The position numbers and the translations under genes are program-made. A stretch of DNA of 64,000 bases. It comes from an uncultured bacterium. Lineage in GTDB: Bacteria > Chloroflexota > UBA5177 > JANWHV01. Position 1 is the stretch's first letter; every line of letters begins with the position of its first letter. The stretch is taken from the NCBI GenBank assembly GCA_963729625.1, contig CAVSOU010000008.1, positions 256,001-320,000 of the forward strand. The letters run 5' to 3'. Shown piece by piece: positions 1 through 9,100 of this stretch. The notes under the pieces were generated by a model, which saw nothing but the letters and a program-made list of their open reading frames with translations, was not told the DNA's origin and made no database searches.

Positions 1-242
1 GCGATCAGCGTATCGTCGTCAGTGCTCAACACGAGGCCAGGACTATACTTATGGACTTCGGCGACAACCGGTCCAGAGATCCAGATATCAAATAGTTTGT
101 CCTCAGCCTGCGTGAATATGTGTTGCGCGACAGCACCACGATCCACGAGACCGACCTTCTCACCCTTTACCCATCCAATGTAGACACAGGAGTCCAGAAA
201 TGGGCGCCTATAAGGGCCGGTCAGCGCGCTGTTAGGCGTCAC
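1..242 (-). CDS. PIN-domain (VapC-like) ribonuclease, runs off the left window edge
   Basis: Manual translation from GTG at 242: MTPNSALTGPYRRPFLDSCVYIGWVKGEK...IWISGPVVAEVHK. The FLDS-x-VY and IS-xxx-xAEV motifs are typical of PIN domains; overlaps the upstream stop by 11 nt. Confidence 0.7.
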   Translation of the reverse strand, partial: MTPNSALTGPYRRPFLDSCVYIGWVKGEKVGLVDRGAVAQHIFTQAEDKLFDIWISGPVVAEVHKYSPGLVLSTDDDTLI

Positions 243-1023
243 GCATCCTCCGTATGTACTCCACAGACTCAAGGCCGCCGGTGAAGTCAGGATCGCTGCC
301 CCAGAGCGACGCCGTCGTCGGCAGATCGCCGTCAGCGGCGAATGCCGTGAGGCGTTCGGCTTTCACGCGCACCGGCTCGTGCTCCGAATTGATAGCTACC
401 ATCCCGATCACAGAGACTCTGCCGCCGAGAGCCGACTTAGCCTGCTCGAGTAAGTCTGTTGAAGAGAAGTCACAGGTGACTGCCTTGTGCGTCCAACTGT
501 GGTATATGGTGAATCTTGGCTTCTGATGGACCGAGATGGCCTCAAGCGTGCCGTCGATTGAACCCAATGCTATGTGACGCACTTGCAACAACTGGGCAGC
601 GTGCACCGTCGCCTGAGCTGTCAGGTAGAGCTCACGCGTATCGTCCTCATTTACCAGCACGATGCCTGTGACACCCTCCCGGCCGATCAAGCGAAGCACA
701 CGCTGACAGCGCCGTATGCCAGTCTCGCGGAGATAGGGTGGAGTCATCGCTTGCTGTTCCAGACGCGCAACAGACGTGACGTAAGTCGCGATCACCTCCG
801 GGCCACAGTCTCGGTCCGCAAGACGAGTCCGAGGACTGATCGCCAGTTCGGCGCTCCCTTCCCGCAGCCCAGCGACGACCCAATCAAGGCTACCCTTCTT
901 CTCGCCGGAAATAGCTGTGTCGAGTTCCTCCAGAATGGCTTGTGTCTCCCGTAGCGCTGTTATTAGCGCATCCAGCGTGATATTGCCGAGGTCACCCTGG
1001 AGTCGAACCCGCAAGGTCGCCAT
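232..1023 (-). CDS. Hypothetical protein, probable antitoxin or partner of the PIN gene
   Basis: 263 aa ORF with GAGG RBS, coupled to the PIN gene; C-terminus PDFTGGLESVEYIRRMRD resembles VapB-type tails. Confidence 0.55.
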   Translation of the reverse strand: MATLRVRLQGDLGNITLDALITALRETQAILEELDTAISGEKKGSLDWVVAGLREGSAELAISPRTRLADRDCGPEVIATYVTSVARLEQQAMTPPYLRETGIRRCQRVLRLIGREGVTGIVLVNEDDTRELYLTAQATVHAAQLLQVRHIALGSIDGTLEAISVHQKPRFTIYHSWTHKAVTCDFSSTDLLEQAKSALGGRVSVIGMVAINSEHEPVRVKAERLTAFAADGDLPTTASLWGSDPDFTGGLESVEYIRRMRDA

Positions 1024-1242
1024 GTTAGTGCACCTCTAAATCCCTGCTGTCGTGCTGGATATCGCGTACATGCTAGCACACGCCACATGACCCGGTGCGC
1101 GAAAACAGGCCCGGCGATGGCCACCCAGCCGGCCCAAGACATGTGATCACCGCCCATACAGGGCGCGCATAGCCTGATGCCCGGGCAGTCGCAGTTCGGC
1201 GGGTGGCACCGGCGGAAGGCAACAGCGTGTGGGGTTGCAAAG

Positions 1243-1932
1243 CTACCGATATTTCGGCAGTTTTCCGCCGTCGCGCTCCCGGTGCCAGTCGTGCTCGCCG
1301 CTGCCCATGCCGCGCCACGGGCTCGGCCGGGTGTTCTCCCGCGGTGCCACGGGCAGCACGGGCGGATACTGCTCGCCGAACCAGCAGGCCAGGGCCACGG
1401 ACAGCACCAGATCGTCGTGGATGTTCTCCCGCCAGGCCTCGTAACTGTCGTTCCCGGTGGCGATGTTCACCTTGACCTTGAAGTTGAGCAGCTCCTGCAC
1501 CAGCGTTCCGGCCAGCGTCAGGCCCTCCGCGACCTTCAGCCGCCGGCCCTGGTAGAGCGCCACCAGCGTACTGGCCAGCTCGCGCTTGGGCACCTTCAGG
1601 TCGTAGGAGTTCTCCCGGTTCACCTCGGTCCCGCCGGTAATGGTGATGGCCCGGGGACGCACGCCGGCCGCGCTGAACATGTCGCAGATGGCGGCGCCGA
1701 CTCCGGTCCGGTCGATCACCAGCGGCGTGCTGCGCGTCAGGGGCGGGCGGTCGAGCAGGCCGATCACCTGCTCCACGATGACCGGGTAGCGCGTGCCCAG
1801 CGCCGGCCGCTCGAGGTAGCGCAGGTGATAGTCGTACTCGGCGCGACGGTCGCCTTCGACCTGTTCCACGATGCTGATCGCCGTGTAGTCCTGTGCCTGC
1901 CCCAGGTCCACGCCCACGATATAGTCGCTCAT
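1243..1932 (-). CDS. Terminase large subunit, nuclease (RNase H-like) half
   Basis: YIVGVDLGQAQDYTA, IDRTGVG and HDDLVLSVALA acidic motifs; own RBS (AAGGAG) and ATG. Confidence 0.85.
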   Translation of the reverse strand: MSDYIVGVDLGQAQDYTAISIVEQVEGDRRAEYDYHLRYLERPALGTRYPVIVEQVIGLLDRPPLTRSTPLVIDRTGVGAAICDMFSAAGVRPRAITITGGTEVNRENSYDLKVPKRELASTLVALYQGRRLKVAEGLTLAGTLVQELLNFKVKVNIATGNDSYEAWRENIHDDLVLSVALACWFGEQYPPVLPVAPRENTRPSPWRGMGSGEHDWHRERDGGKLPKYR

Positions 1933-1942
1933 TCTGGCTCCT

Positions 1943-2725
1943 TCATCCAGCCCGAAGGCTGGGGCCCTCGGCGAACAGCGGCGCCACGTCCGGCGTCATG
2001 CTGGCCATCACATCGTCATAGCCGAAGAGCTGGTCGACGGTCTCGGAGAACGCGCAGCAGTACTCTTGCTGGTACCACCAGGTGCCGAGCGCCCGCCGCT
2101 CCTCCTCCAGGAAGGCCGACGGGATGCGCGGGCACTGGCTCGCCGGCACCTCGTACCGCTCCCATCCGCTGCCCTCGGTCCACTCCTGGTGGAAGAAACC
2201 GCGCTTGCCGAACGGTGTGCTCAAGCACACGAGCCGCCCGCCGCTGACTGCCAGCATCGGCCTGCACGAATAGTACAATTCGTCCAGACAGCGTGCCGCT
2301 TCGTCGACGGCGAGCAGCGCCACGCCAGAATAGCCGCGCACTGTCTGCTCGGTGCCCGGCAGGCTGACGATGCGCGAGCCGTTCTCGAGCGTCAGTGTCA
2401 GCGCGGTCTCACTTTCGGCCGGCACCGGACGCCCGAGAGCGCGGTACACGCCGATGCACTTCTTGAACAGCTCCGAAGATTGCCGCAGGCTGGGCGAAAG
2501 CAGCAGCACCAGCGCGCCGGGTGTGTAGAGCGCGGTGTGCACTGCCAGCACGCTGGTAATGCTGGACTTACCGCTTTGCCGGCAGCAGTTCAGCAGCAAG
2601 CGCGGCGCGGTCGAGCGCAATACATCCTCTTGCCAGGCGTCCAGGTTCTCGAGGCCGACGGCGCGCGCCAGCCTGCACGGGTCGAGGGCCATAGCCAGGT
2701 CGCCGGCGAAGCTAGCCGTGTCCAT
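1943..2725 (-). CDS. Terminase large subunit, ATPase half
   Basis: LDAWQ, Walker A CCRQSGKS, Walker B LLAVDEAA, motif III STPFGKRGFF, QQEYCC. Confidence 0.88.
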   Translation of the reverse strand: MDTASFAGDLAMALDPCRLARAVGLENLDAWQEDVLRSTAPRLLLNCCRQSGKSSITSVLAVHTALYTPGALVLLLSPSLRQSSELFKKCIGVYRALGRPVPAESETALTLTLENGSRIVSLPGTEQTVRGYSGVALLAVDEAARCLDELYYSCRPMLAVSGGRLVCLSTPFGKRGFFHQEWTEGSGWERYEVPASQCPRIPSAFLEEERRALGTWWYQQEYCCAFSETVDQLFGYDDVMASMTPDVAPLFAEGPSLRAG

Positions 2726-3260
2726 TGGAGGCGTCCAGGCGCGCGAGGGCTCCCGCTACGGCGAATTTGGCCTCTGGGTGGGGCTGCAGGGCGTGCAGCA
2801 GCGTCGTGCGAACCTGGAGCCATTCGGGCGACAGCATCACCGCGACCTTGGGCGACTCGTCCAGTTCTCCCAGCAGCTTGGCCTGCAGCTCGATCTGCCG
2901 TTGAATACGGTCAATCGCGCGCAAGGCCGTCCCGGGGTCCCCGGCCTCACCGGCATCCATCAGGATTTGCAGGGTGGCGCTGTTGATGGCCTTCAGTTGT
3001 TGCACGACGTCGAGGGCCTGGCGGGCCTCTCTGGCTTCCTGACGCACTGCCTCTGCGGCAGTCTCAGCCGCGTGCACATCACGCTGCCGCAGTCCTTCGC
3101 CGAGCAGCGCGGGCAAGTGCTCGCTCTTGTGCCTGAAGAGGGCCGTCGCCGACATTCCGTAACATAGCGAAACACTCCGTAACGTCTGGCCTGCGACCAG
3201 CGCCCGGTCAATGTTGGCTCGCCCTTCATGCGTGCATACGCTACAGTTTCGTCCAGGCAT
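2712..3260 (-). CDS. Putative terminase small subunit
   Basis: N-terminal CSVC-H plus HTH (LRSVSLCYGMSATALFRHK), helical body, overlaps the terL ATPase start. Confidence 0.65.
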   Translation of the reverse strand: MPGRNCSVCTHEGRANIDRALVAGQTLRSVSLCYGMSATALFRHKSEHLPALLGEGLRQRDVHAAETAAEAVRQEAREARQALDVVQQLKAINSATLQILMDAGEAGDPGTALRAIDRIQRQIELQAKLLGELDESPKVAVMLSPEWLQVRTTLLHALQPHPEAKFAVAGALARLDASNGHG

Positions 3261-3263
3261 CGG

Positions 3264-4295
3264 TCAGCCCTCTTTCTCCGGCTCCTCCGGCAATAGCCCC
3301 ATCGCGCGCAGGAACGGGCGCGAGCGGGCCGCCAGCCGCATGCAGGCCGCGTACGTCATGACGTTCACGTGATCACCTATCAGGCTGCTCTGCGTTATCG
3401 AGCGGAAGGGGTTGCCGGTATCGGGTGCTTCCATCTGGGCCGTGAACTCCAGCGGCTGGCCGAACACCAGGCGGTTCAGGTTGGCGCGGTTGGGCCTAAA
3501 GCCCGGCACGCCCTCCACGCCGCAGCAGCAACTGGCATCGCTCAGACTGCGCAGGCGGTTCTCGCCGCAGAAGAAGGCGAGCCCGCACTCGTGCGCGGCC
3601 GCCTTGATCGCCGTGTACTCGGCCCGCAGTGCCGCTACGGGGTAGCACCAGTCCGCGCCCACGCGGATCATGCCCGGGCGCTTGCGGCCCCGCTTCATAC
3701 CCTGGATCTCCACGCCGTACACCCCGCGCGCCGCGTAGAGCGGCAGGGCGGCCCGCACGGACTCCACCAGGCCCAGGGAATAGGGGGAAATGCGCACGAT
3801 CACCCGTTTACAGGTTTCGGCCAGCTTAGGCAGCATGTCCAGCCGCTCCGCGAAGCGCGGGGCGCCTGGCTCCAGGGCGTCGTACTGCGGCGCTACCATG
3901 CTCACCTGGGCTACGGCGTTGCAGCGCCGCAGCAGGGCCAGGTACTCCGGCGTGGCGACGAGCTTGCCCTTGGTGCTGAAGGCGAACGGGTAGCCCGTGG
4001 CGGCGAACAATTCCAGCACGGCGTAGCTGGCCCGGTGTTTCTTCTCCAGCGGCTGAAAGGGGTCGCTCATGCCGCCCCAGTGCAGGGGTATGTCCCAATC
4101 ACACCAGCGACAGTCCGCAGTCCGCTTGCCCTGGATGAAGCGGTCTACCGCCGCCACCGACTCCAGAGCCTTCACGTTGTGGATTGAGCCGTTGCGTCGA
4201 GTGAAGCAATACGTGCAGCCATGCGAACAGCCCGCATAGGTGTCGAACCGAACCGGAAGATCGCAGAGCACCAGCTGGGAGCCGCAGCTAGGCAA
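3264..4295 (-). CDS. Radical SAM protein (spore photoproduct lyase-like family)
   Basis: CSHGCTYC CxxxCxxC motif, GGMSDPFQPLE, STKG; likely start TTG at 4295 behind GGAGG. Confidence 0.85.
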   Translation of the reverse strand: MPSCGSQLVLCDLPVRFDTYAGCSHGCTYCFTRRNGSIHNVKALESVAAVDRFIQGKRTADCRWCDWDIPLHWGGMSDPFQPLEKKHRASYAVLELFAATGYPFAFSTKGKLVATPEYLALLRRCNAVAQVSMVAPQYDALEPGAPRFAERLDMLPKLAETCKRVIVRISPYSLGLVESVRAALPLYAARGVYGVEIQGMKRGRKRPGMIRVGADWCYPVAALRAEYTAIKAAAHECGLAFFCGENRLRSLSDASCCCGVEGVPGFRPNRANLNRLVFGQPLEFTAQMEAPDTGNPFRSITQSSLIGDHVNVMTYAACMRLAARSRPFLRAMGLLPEEPEKEG

Positions 4296-4923
4296 CTTGG
4301 TCCTCCTCTGTAGAAGGCTTTGGTTCCTCGCGGCCACGAACCAAGGAGGCGAAAGCCTCTTCCCACGGGCCATGTCCGTCGCGGCGGATCACGCCACGCA
4401 CCAGTTCAGCGTCCTCCGCCTTGAAGACCAGCGTGACGCTCGCCTGCTCCCCGCCTAGCTCCGCGCGCAGGCCGGAACTGAAGCTATCCAGCAGGTCCTC
4501 GGGTACGAACTCGCGTCCCACGCCACCAGCCAGGCCATCGAGCATGGCGCGCAGTCCTTCGCTGTCGGTCCGCACCTCGTCCATGAGAGCCTGCAGCCGC
4601 CCGGCGGCCGCGCCGGCCATTGCCGCGATAGGGTCCATGGTCAGCAGCAGTTTGTTCGCCTCGGCTTCGTCCACATCCAGGATCGCAACCTGCCAGGTCT
4701 CATCAGGATCGACATCCTTGCGCAGATGCCCGTCAATCAGCGTCAACTCGCCAGCGCTGTTCGTGTACGCCACCAGCACGGCAGCCTTACCGACTTCTTC
4801 CAGAATGCCTTTCAGCGCGGCAGATTGCGCTTTTGAATGCGTCCTGAAATTCCTTGGATTAGCGGCCAGTTCAGCGGCGCATACCTTGCGTACGTCCACG
4901 ATGCGATCACGTAGCGCGCTCAT
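4288..4923 (-). CDS. ParB/Srx N-terminal domain protein
   Basis: LAANPRNFRTH...LIDGHLRK ParB-like motifs. Confidence 0.8.
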   Translation of the reverse strand: MSALRDRIVDVRKVCAAELAANPRNFRTHSKAQSAALKGILEEVGKAAVLVAYTNSAGELTLIDGHLRKDVDPDETWQVAILDVDEAEANKLLLTMDPIAAMAGAAAGRLQALMDEVRTDSEGLRAMLDGLAGGVGREFVPEDLLDSFSSGLRAELGGEQASVTLVFKAEDAELVRGVIRRDGHGPWEEAFASLVRGREEPKPSTEEDQVA

Positions 4924-4929
4924 GCGATG

Positions 4930-5412
4930 CTACTCCTTGGCCGAAGCCGAGCCTCCGGCCGGGGCTTGGTGCATGAGCAGTCCAAACTCTTTCCGGGCCG
5001 CCAACCGCCGCCCTACCAACATCCGGCCACGGGCTGCGGCGGTCTGGCAATCGAGGCTCCCCTCAGTGGCTTGGAACTCGCGTAGCAGTGTCTCTGACGT
5101 CTCCAACTCTTTGGCCAGGGTGGGATTCTGGGCCAGTGCCCAGGCGTGGCGCCGCGAGCGGTCGGCGTCGAGCAGGGCCTGCTGCTCGGCTGCCTTCAGG
5201 GCGGCGGCTTGCCGTTCCGCCTCCGCCTCGATGGTCCGCAGGTGGTGCATGGCGCTGTCGGCTCTCTCTTTGGCCTCGTGTAGCCGGGGACTGTGGGGCG
5301 AAAGCACGCCGGCCTGGCTCAAGTATGCTAAGTCCCGGACCTTGAGCAAGGCGGTTTCGGCTGCTTGGGTCGCGGCCTCGATGGCCGAAGGCTCGGCATC
5401 GGTGATGTCCAT
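4930..5412 (-). CDS. Hypothetical coiled-coil protein
   Basis: ATG after GGAGG; helical sequence; N-terminus similar to the upstream small ORF. Confidence 0.55.
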   Translation of the reverse strand: MDITDAEPSAIEAATQAAETALLKVRDLAYLSQAGVLSPHSPRLHEAKERADSAMHHLRTIEAEAERQAAALKAAEQQALLDADRSRRHAWALAQNPTLAKELETSETLLREFQATEGSLDCQTAAARGRMLVGRRLAARKEFGLLMHQAPAGGSASAKE

Positions 5413-5413
5413 C

Positions 5414-5617
5414 TCATCCTCCATACAACACGCGCTTGGCGTCAGATAGGGCATCCGAAGTCGCCTTGGCCCGCTGCCTGGCTGCCAGGAGTTCGGGGGA
5501 GTCGGCGGCCACGACGCCAATCTGGGCCAGATACTCGACGTCTCGAAGTTCCAATGCGGCGGAGCGTGCACGTCCCTGTGCGTCGGCGACGCTCTGCAAA
5601 GCTTGGTCATGGTTCAC
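5414..5617 (-). CDS. Small hypothetical protein
   Basis: GTG after AAGGAG RBS; stop adjacent to the next start. Confidence 0.55.
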   Translation of the reverse strand: MNHDQALQSVADAQGRARSAALELRDVEYLAQIGVVAADSPELLAARQRAKATSDALSDAKRVLYGG

Positions 5618-5725
5618 ATCTCTCTCCTTTCGTTCAAGGGTGGTCGGGCCTGTGGTGGTGAGGACAGGCCCGGCCTCAAGGTGGCCGCCTGGCGGTGGAG
5701 GGCGCACCGGACGGCCGGGTAAATG

Positions 5726-5953
5726 CTAGAACTCTGGCCGCGTCTTCGCGAGCAAGTTGTCGGCAAGCTTGCGGGTCTCGGTATAGCTCTTGCCAAGCAC
5801 CTTGGCCACTTTACGCAGGTCGTTTTCACAGGCGGCCATTGCGTTTACCAGCATCACGTCCTCATCCGTGGTGGCCACGGCGCGGACGGCTTCGGACTCG
5901 GCGAACTTGCGCAGGATGACGCGGTCTCGAATAGCGCTGGCTGTTTTGTCCAT
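5726..5953 (-). CDS. Small hypothetical protein
   Basis: ATG after AAGGAGTAGG; 75 aa. Confidence 0.5.
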   Translation of the reverse strand: MDKTASAIRDRVILRKFAESEAVRAVATTDEDVMLVNAMAACENDLRKVAKVLGKSYTETRKLADNLLAKTRPEF

Positions 5954-5956
5954 GTC

Positions 5957-6178
5957 CTACTCCTTATCGGGGAATCCTATGTTCCCTGCTATGATCGGGC
6001 GGGGTCCTAGCGCGCGGTTGCGGGGTCCCAACGCGGCCACCGTGCGCCGCAGTTCGTCGGACGTGGTGCCCAGCTCCGCCGCCGCGTTCTTCCAGTTCCC
6101 ATTGCAGTGTTCGAGGGCGTCGAGCATCTCGTTCTCGGCACCGGTTGCGCTCTGCCGGATATGATTGGGCCATTTCAT
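5957..6178 (-). CDS. Fis-type helix-turn-helix protein
   Basis: LDALEHCNGNWKNAAAELG matches the Fis/HTH_8 pattern. Confidence 0.6.
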   Translation of the reverse strand: MKWPNHIRQSATGAENEMLDALEHCNGNWKNAAAELGTTSDELRRTVAALGPRNRALGPRPIIAGNIGFPDKE

Positions 6179-6234
6179 GGGTGGTTTCCTTTCCTGCTAG
6201 ATGCCTGCCGGCTTTGCCGGTCCCTTCCTCCGCC

Positions 6235-6441
6235 TCACTCCTTTCTCGGGGCTTCATGCAGCAAGCCCAGTCGATGCGCTTTCCTGAGTGCGGCGCGCAG
6301 GTAGCGCTCGGAGCAGCGACAGCGGGCAGCCGCCAGCCGGATAAACTCCCGCTCGTTGTACGGCCAGGGCAACTGTGCGCAATTGCGCACATGCTCACTT
6401 GCGGCGCCGTGTATTCGGTGGTCTACGTTCGCGGTGTTCAT
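6235..6441 (-). CDS. Small hypothetical protein (possible winged helix)
   Basis: ATG overlaps the stop of the upstream ORF; CSERYLRAALRKAHRLGLL. Confidence 0.4.
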   Translation of the reverse strand: MNTANVDHRIHGAASEHVRNCAQLPWPYNEREFIRLAAARCRCSERYLRAALRKAHRLGLLHEAPRKE

Positions 6442-6734
6442 CGGACACACGCCAGGCGCGGCACGTTGGCCAGTTCCAGCGCGCGTAGGGCCTGCTCGGC
6501 GCGCCGGCCCTGTAGCACGAGTGTCCGCTCCCAGCCTTTCGGCATGTCGCGCAGCGCAACCGTTACCTTGGGCGCTGGCACCCACGTTCCGTCGTCGCAG
6601 AGCACCTCGCCTTGGCCGGGGAAATAGGCCGCGATACAGGCTCGATTGACGCGGAGCATGCCGAGCGTCACGAACTCCGTTTCCTTCCTGCTTGCTTCTT
6701 TGCGTGTAGCTTTCGCTACGGCTAGGTCGTACAC
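6438..6734 (-). CDS. Hypothetical protein
   Basis: 98 aa ORF in the operon direction. Confidence 0.45.
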   Translation of the reverse strand: MYDLAVAKATRKEASRKETEFVTLGMLRVNRACIAAYFPGQGEVLCDDGTWVPAPKVTVALRDMPKGWERTLVLQGRRAEQALRALELANVPRLACVR

Positions 6735-6869
6735 TTAGTCTGTTCCCTTCACTTCCGCCGCGGCCGGCCAGGGCCACGGCATGCTCATATCCGTCGTGGT
6801 GCGCTCTTTCAGTAGCGCCACCAGCTCGGGTTTTCTGTCCGCCAGCCAATCATGACTCGTCCACTCCTT

Positions 6870-6963
6870 CACATTTTCATTTCCTATCAGCACGACTTCA
6901 GCACTTCGCGAAGTGCTGAAGTGTGCTGAAGTCCGCTGAAGTCCGCTGAAGTCGCGCTAAAAG
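6870..6963. repeat. Iteron array with palindrome, putative replication origin
   Basis: GCTGAAGT at 6915, 6925, 6935 and 6945 (10-bp period); perfect 28-bp palindrome ACTTCAGCACTTCGCGAAGTGCTGAAGT at 6895-6922; short AT-rich tract at 6870-6888; directly after the primase-helicase stop. Confidence 0.75.
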
Positions 6964-6970
6964 CACACAT

Positions 6971-9100
6971 TCAGAAGGGCTCCTCGTCACTGCCTATCGG
7001 GAAGTACCTGGAGTCGCTGCTTTTGGCCTTGCCGGCATGCCGTAACAACCCTGCTTGCTCCAGTCTCAGCAGGCACTTCGCCAGCACGCGATCTTGTTGA
7101 ACACCGCTGCGAACCTTAATGTCGCCGTAGGCCCACCCGGCGGGCGGCGCGTTTTGCAGGGCCTCATAGACGGCTCGCTCGTCAGCGGAAAACGCCGTCT
7201 TCGTCGGGTCCACGCCTTCGCGGTCGTTCGCTACCAGCACGGCTGTCCTGACGTCGCGCGCCGGGTCCGTGAACTCCTTCAGGTGGTAGAAGTGGTTCGG
7301 GAACTGGGGCGAATTGCTCCCGGCAGCCCATGACACGGTGATTGTGCCCAGTTCGTCTTGAGCCAGTTTGATGCACTGCGTCACGCCGGCCAGCAGCACC
7401 GTTGAGCCCCGCATCCGGTCGCTTTCGGCCCAGCCGGAATGATGGACGAGCATGACGTGCGCGCCGGTTTCGCGCCGCAGTATGTCGACGCCTCGAATCA
7501 GGTCCTGCATGTCCTTGGTCGAGTTCTCATCGCCCAGGTTGCACCGGCTTACCGTGTCGAGGGCGAACAGTGCGGGCCGCTGGAGTCCGGCATCAGCGAG
7601 CGTTCCTTGCAAGACCGCCAGCTCCTCTGCGATGGCCACGTAGACAGGCTGCGTGATGACTACCAGGTTGGGAATGGTCTTGCCGCCGTTGTAGGTCGCG
7701 CACCATGCGTACAGGCGGTCGCCGAACTTCCGAACGTTGCCTTCCGCCATGACGATGACCACCGGTCTACCGGTCGTCACGGCCACGCGGCAGGCTATCT
7801 CGACGACCAGGAACGTTTTCCCTTTACCTATTCCTGCAAAGAGCAGGCTTGCTTCGCCCCCCACGACGTATGGCTCGTAGAGATAGGTGGGCTTGAGCTG
7901 AGCGAGCATCTCTTCTATGCTCCAGAACTTGAAGCGACGGGGCGGTTCCATACTCTCTGCGTGAGCGTTGTGCGGAGAATCCGGTAAATACGCTGCATTG
8001 CCGTTCGGACTCGCGTGTACGTCGCGAACGCTCACCATGCCGCCGTACCCTTGCGTGGCCAGCGCCGACGCCGCGCGAGTCCAGTCGCTGCCGTGCTCGA
8101 GTGCTGCGTAGATTTGGAAAGGAGCGTAGCCGCGGCCAGGCTCGAATATCGGCCAAGACGTGCTGAACTGCACAAGGATAGGCACGCCGTTCAGCACGCG
8201 GATATCGCCAGAGCTCCCGTCTCTCGGGTCCTTGCCCGGTCGCGTGATTGTCGCTCCGACCCCGGTGGACCAGGTTCGCACGGTCGCGCCGGCCTTGCGC
8301 AGCAGGGCTTCGACGTCCGCCAAAGACGCTCGCTCGTTGTAGGCGTCCCCGGGTCGTGTGCCGCCGTCGTGGCGGCTCGAACGCCCCGCTCGCCGGACAG
8401 CGGCCGCCTGCGCCGCGTGCAGGAACTCCATGCCCTCATTGAACTCGCCTGCTATCTCGATGAGCAGGTCGCGCTCCTGCAAGGTCACTGTCGGGGGATT
8501 GAGGGGATCGCCCTGCACGACTTCGCAGCCCACCATAGGCCAGAAGATGCCGTAGCCACCGTCACCTCGACTCTCGATCAACGGCTCTCGCTTGACCCTG
8601 GTGGGATCGTCTTCGTCCGGACTGTAGGCTGCCGCGAATACCTGGTTCCCGGATAGCTCGCCCCCGTACCGGATCGGAATATGGAGCCCTCCGGACTTAG
8701 AGCGCCACATAAGCAGGCGCCCATACAGCCCAGGATTCCGCTCTCGCACCCGGTTGCAATAGTGCTCGACGCGCTGGGCATCCTGGCCCTTGAGATCTAT
8801 CTCGAACAGTTCCAGGGCCTCGCCCAGCGGCCTTTGCTTGCCGTAGACGATGGCCGCAACGTCGGCCCCCTGCCCCGGCCAGGCGTCGAATTCTGCCGGC
8901 GTCGCCAGCCGTTCCCGGAATGGAGCCCAGGTCCGCTTCAGCTCGCCCGTTTCCGGGTCGAGCCTGACTGGAAGCGCATCAAAGCGCGGTTGCTTGGTGC
9001 TGGTGCTGGCGGGGAGAATGCTGATATTGGCGGCCAGCAGCTGCGCTGCCATCCGCCAGTTCGGTGGTGTAAGGACGGGACCAGCGGGCGCGGCGCTCAT
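6971..9100 (-). CDS. Bifunctional primase-polymerase / AAA_25 (RepA-like) helicase
   Basis: Prim-Pol motifs ILP...KQP, EIDL, SKSGGLH, ESRGDGGY; helicase AGIGKGKT, ALDT, VHHSG, RGST; C-terminal wHTH-like segment. Confidence 0.85.
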   Translation of the reverse strand: MSAAPAGPVLTPPNWRMAAQLLAANISILPASTSTKQPRFDALPVRLDPETGELKRTWAPFRERLATPAEFDAWPGQGADVAAIVYGKQRPLGEALELFEIDLKGQDAQRVEHYCNRVRERNPGLYGRLLMWRSKSGGLHIPIRYGGELSGNQVFAAAYSPDEDDPTRVKREPLIESRGDGGYGIFWPMVGCEVVQGDPLNPPTVTLQERDLLIEIAGEFNEGMEFLHAAQAAAVRRAGRSSRHDGGTRPGDAYNERASLADVEALLRKAGATVRTWSTGVGATITRPGKDPRDGSSGDIRVLNGVPILVQFSTSWPIFEPGRGYAPFQIYAALEHGSDWTRAASALATQGYGGMVSVRDVHASPNGNAAYLPDSPHNAHAESMEPPRRFKFWSIEEMLAQLKPTYLYEPYVVGGEASLLFAGIGKGKTFLVVEIACRVAVTTGRPVVIVMAEGNVRKFGDRLYAWCATYNGGKTIPNLVVITQPVYVAIAEELAVLQGTLADAGLQRPALFALDTVSRCNLGDENSTKDMQDLIRGVDILRRETGAHVMLVHHSGWAESDRMRGSTVLLAGVTQCIKLAQDELGTITVSWAAGSNSPQFPNHFYHLKEFTDPARDVRTAVLVANDREGVDPTKTAFSADERAVYEALQNAPPAGWAYGDIKVRSGVQQDRVLAKCLLRLEQAGLLRHAGKAKSSDSRYFPIGSDEEPF

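Noticed and set aside
3264-4373. Radical SAM start at 4373 as in the ORF track
   Set aside because: It would overlap the ParB-like gene by 86 nt; TTG at 4295 has a GGAGG RBS and couples to the ParB stop.
6895-6963. CRISPR array
   Set aside because: 8-bp units with 2-bp spacers and no cas genes; fits iterons.
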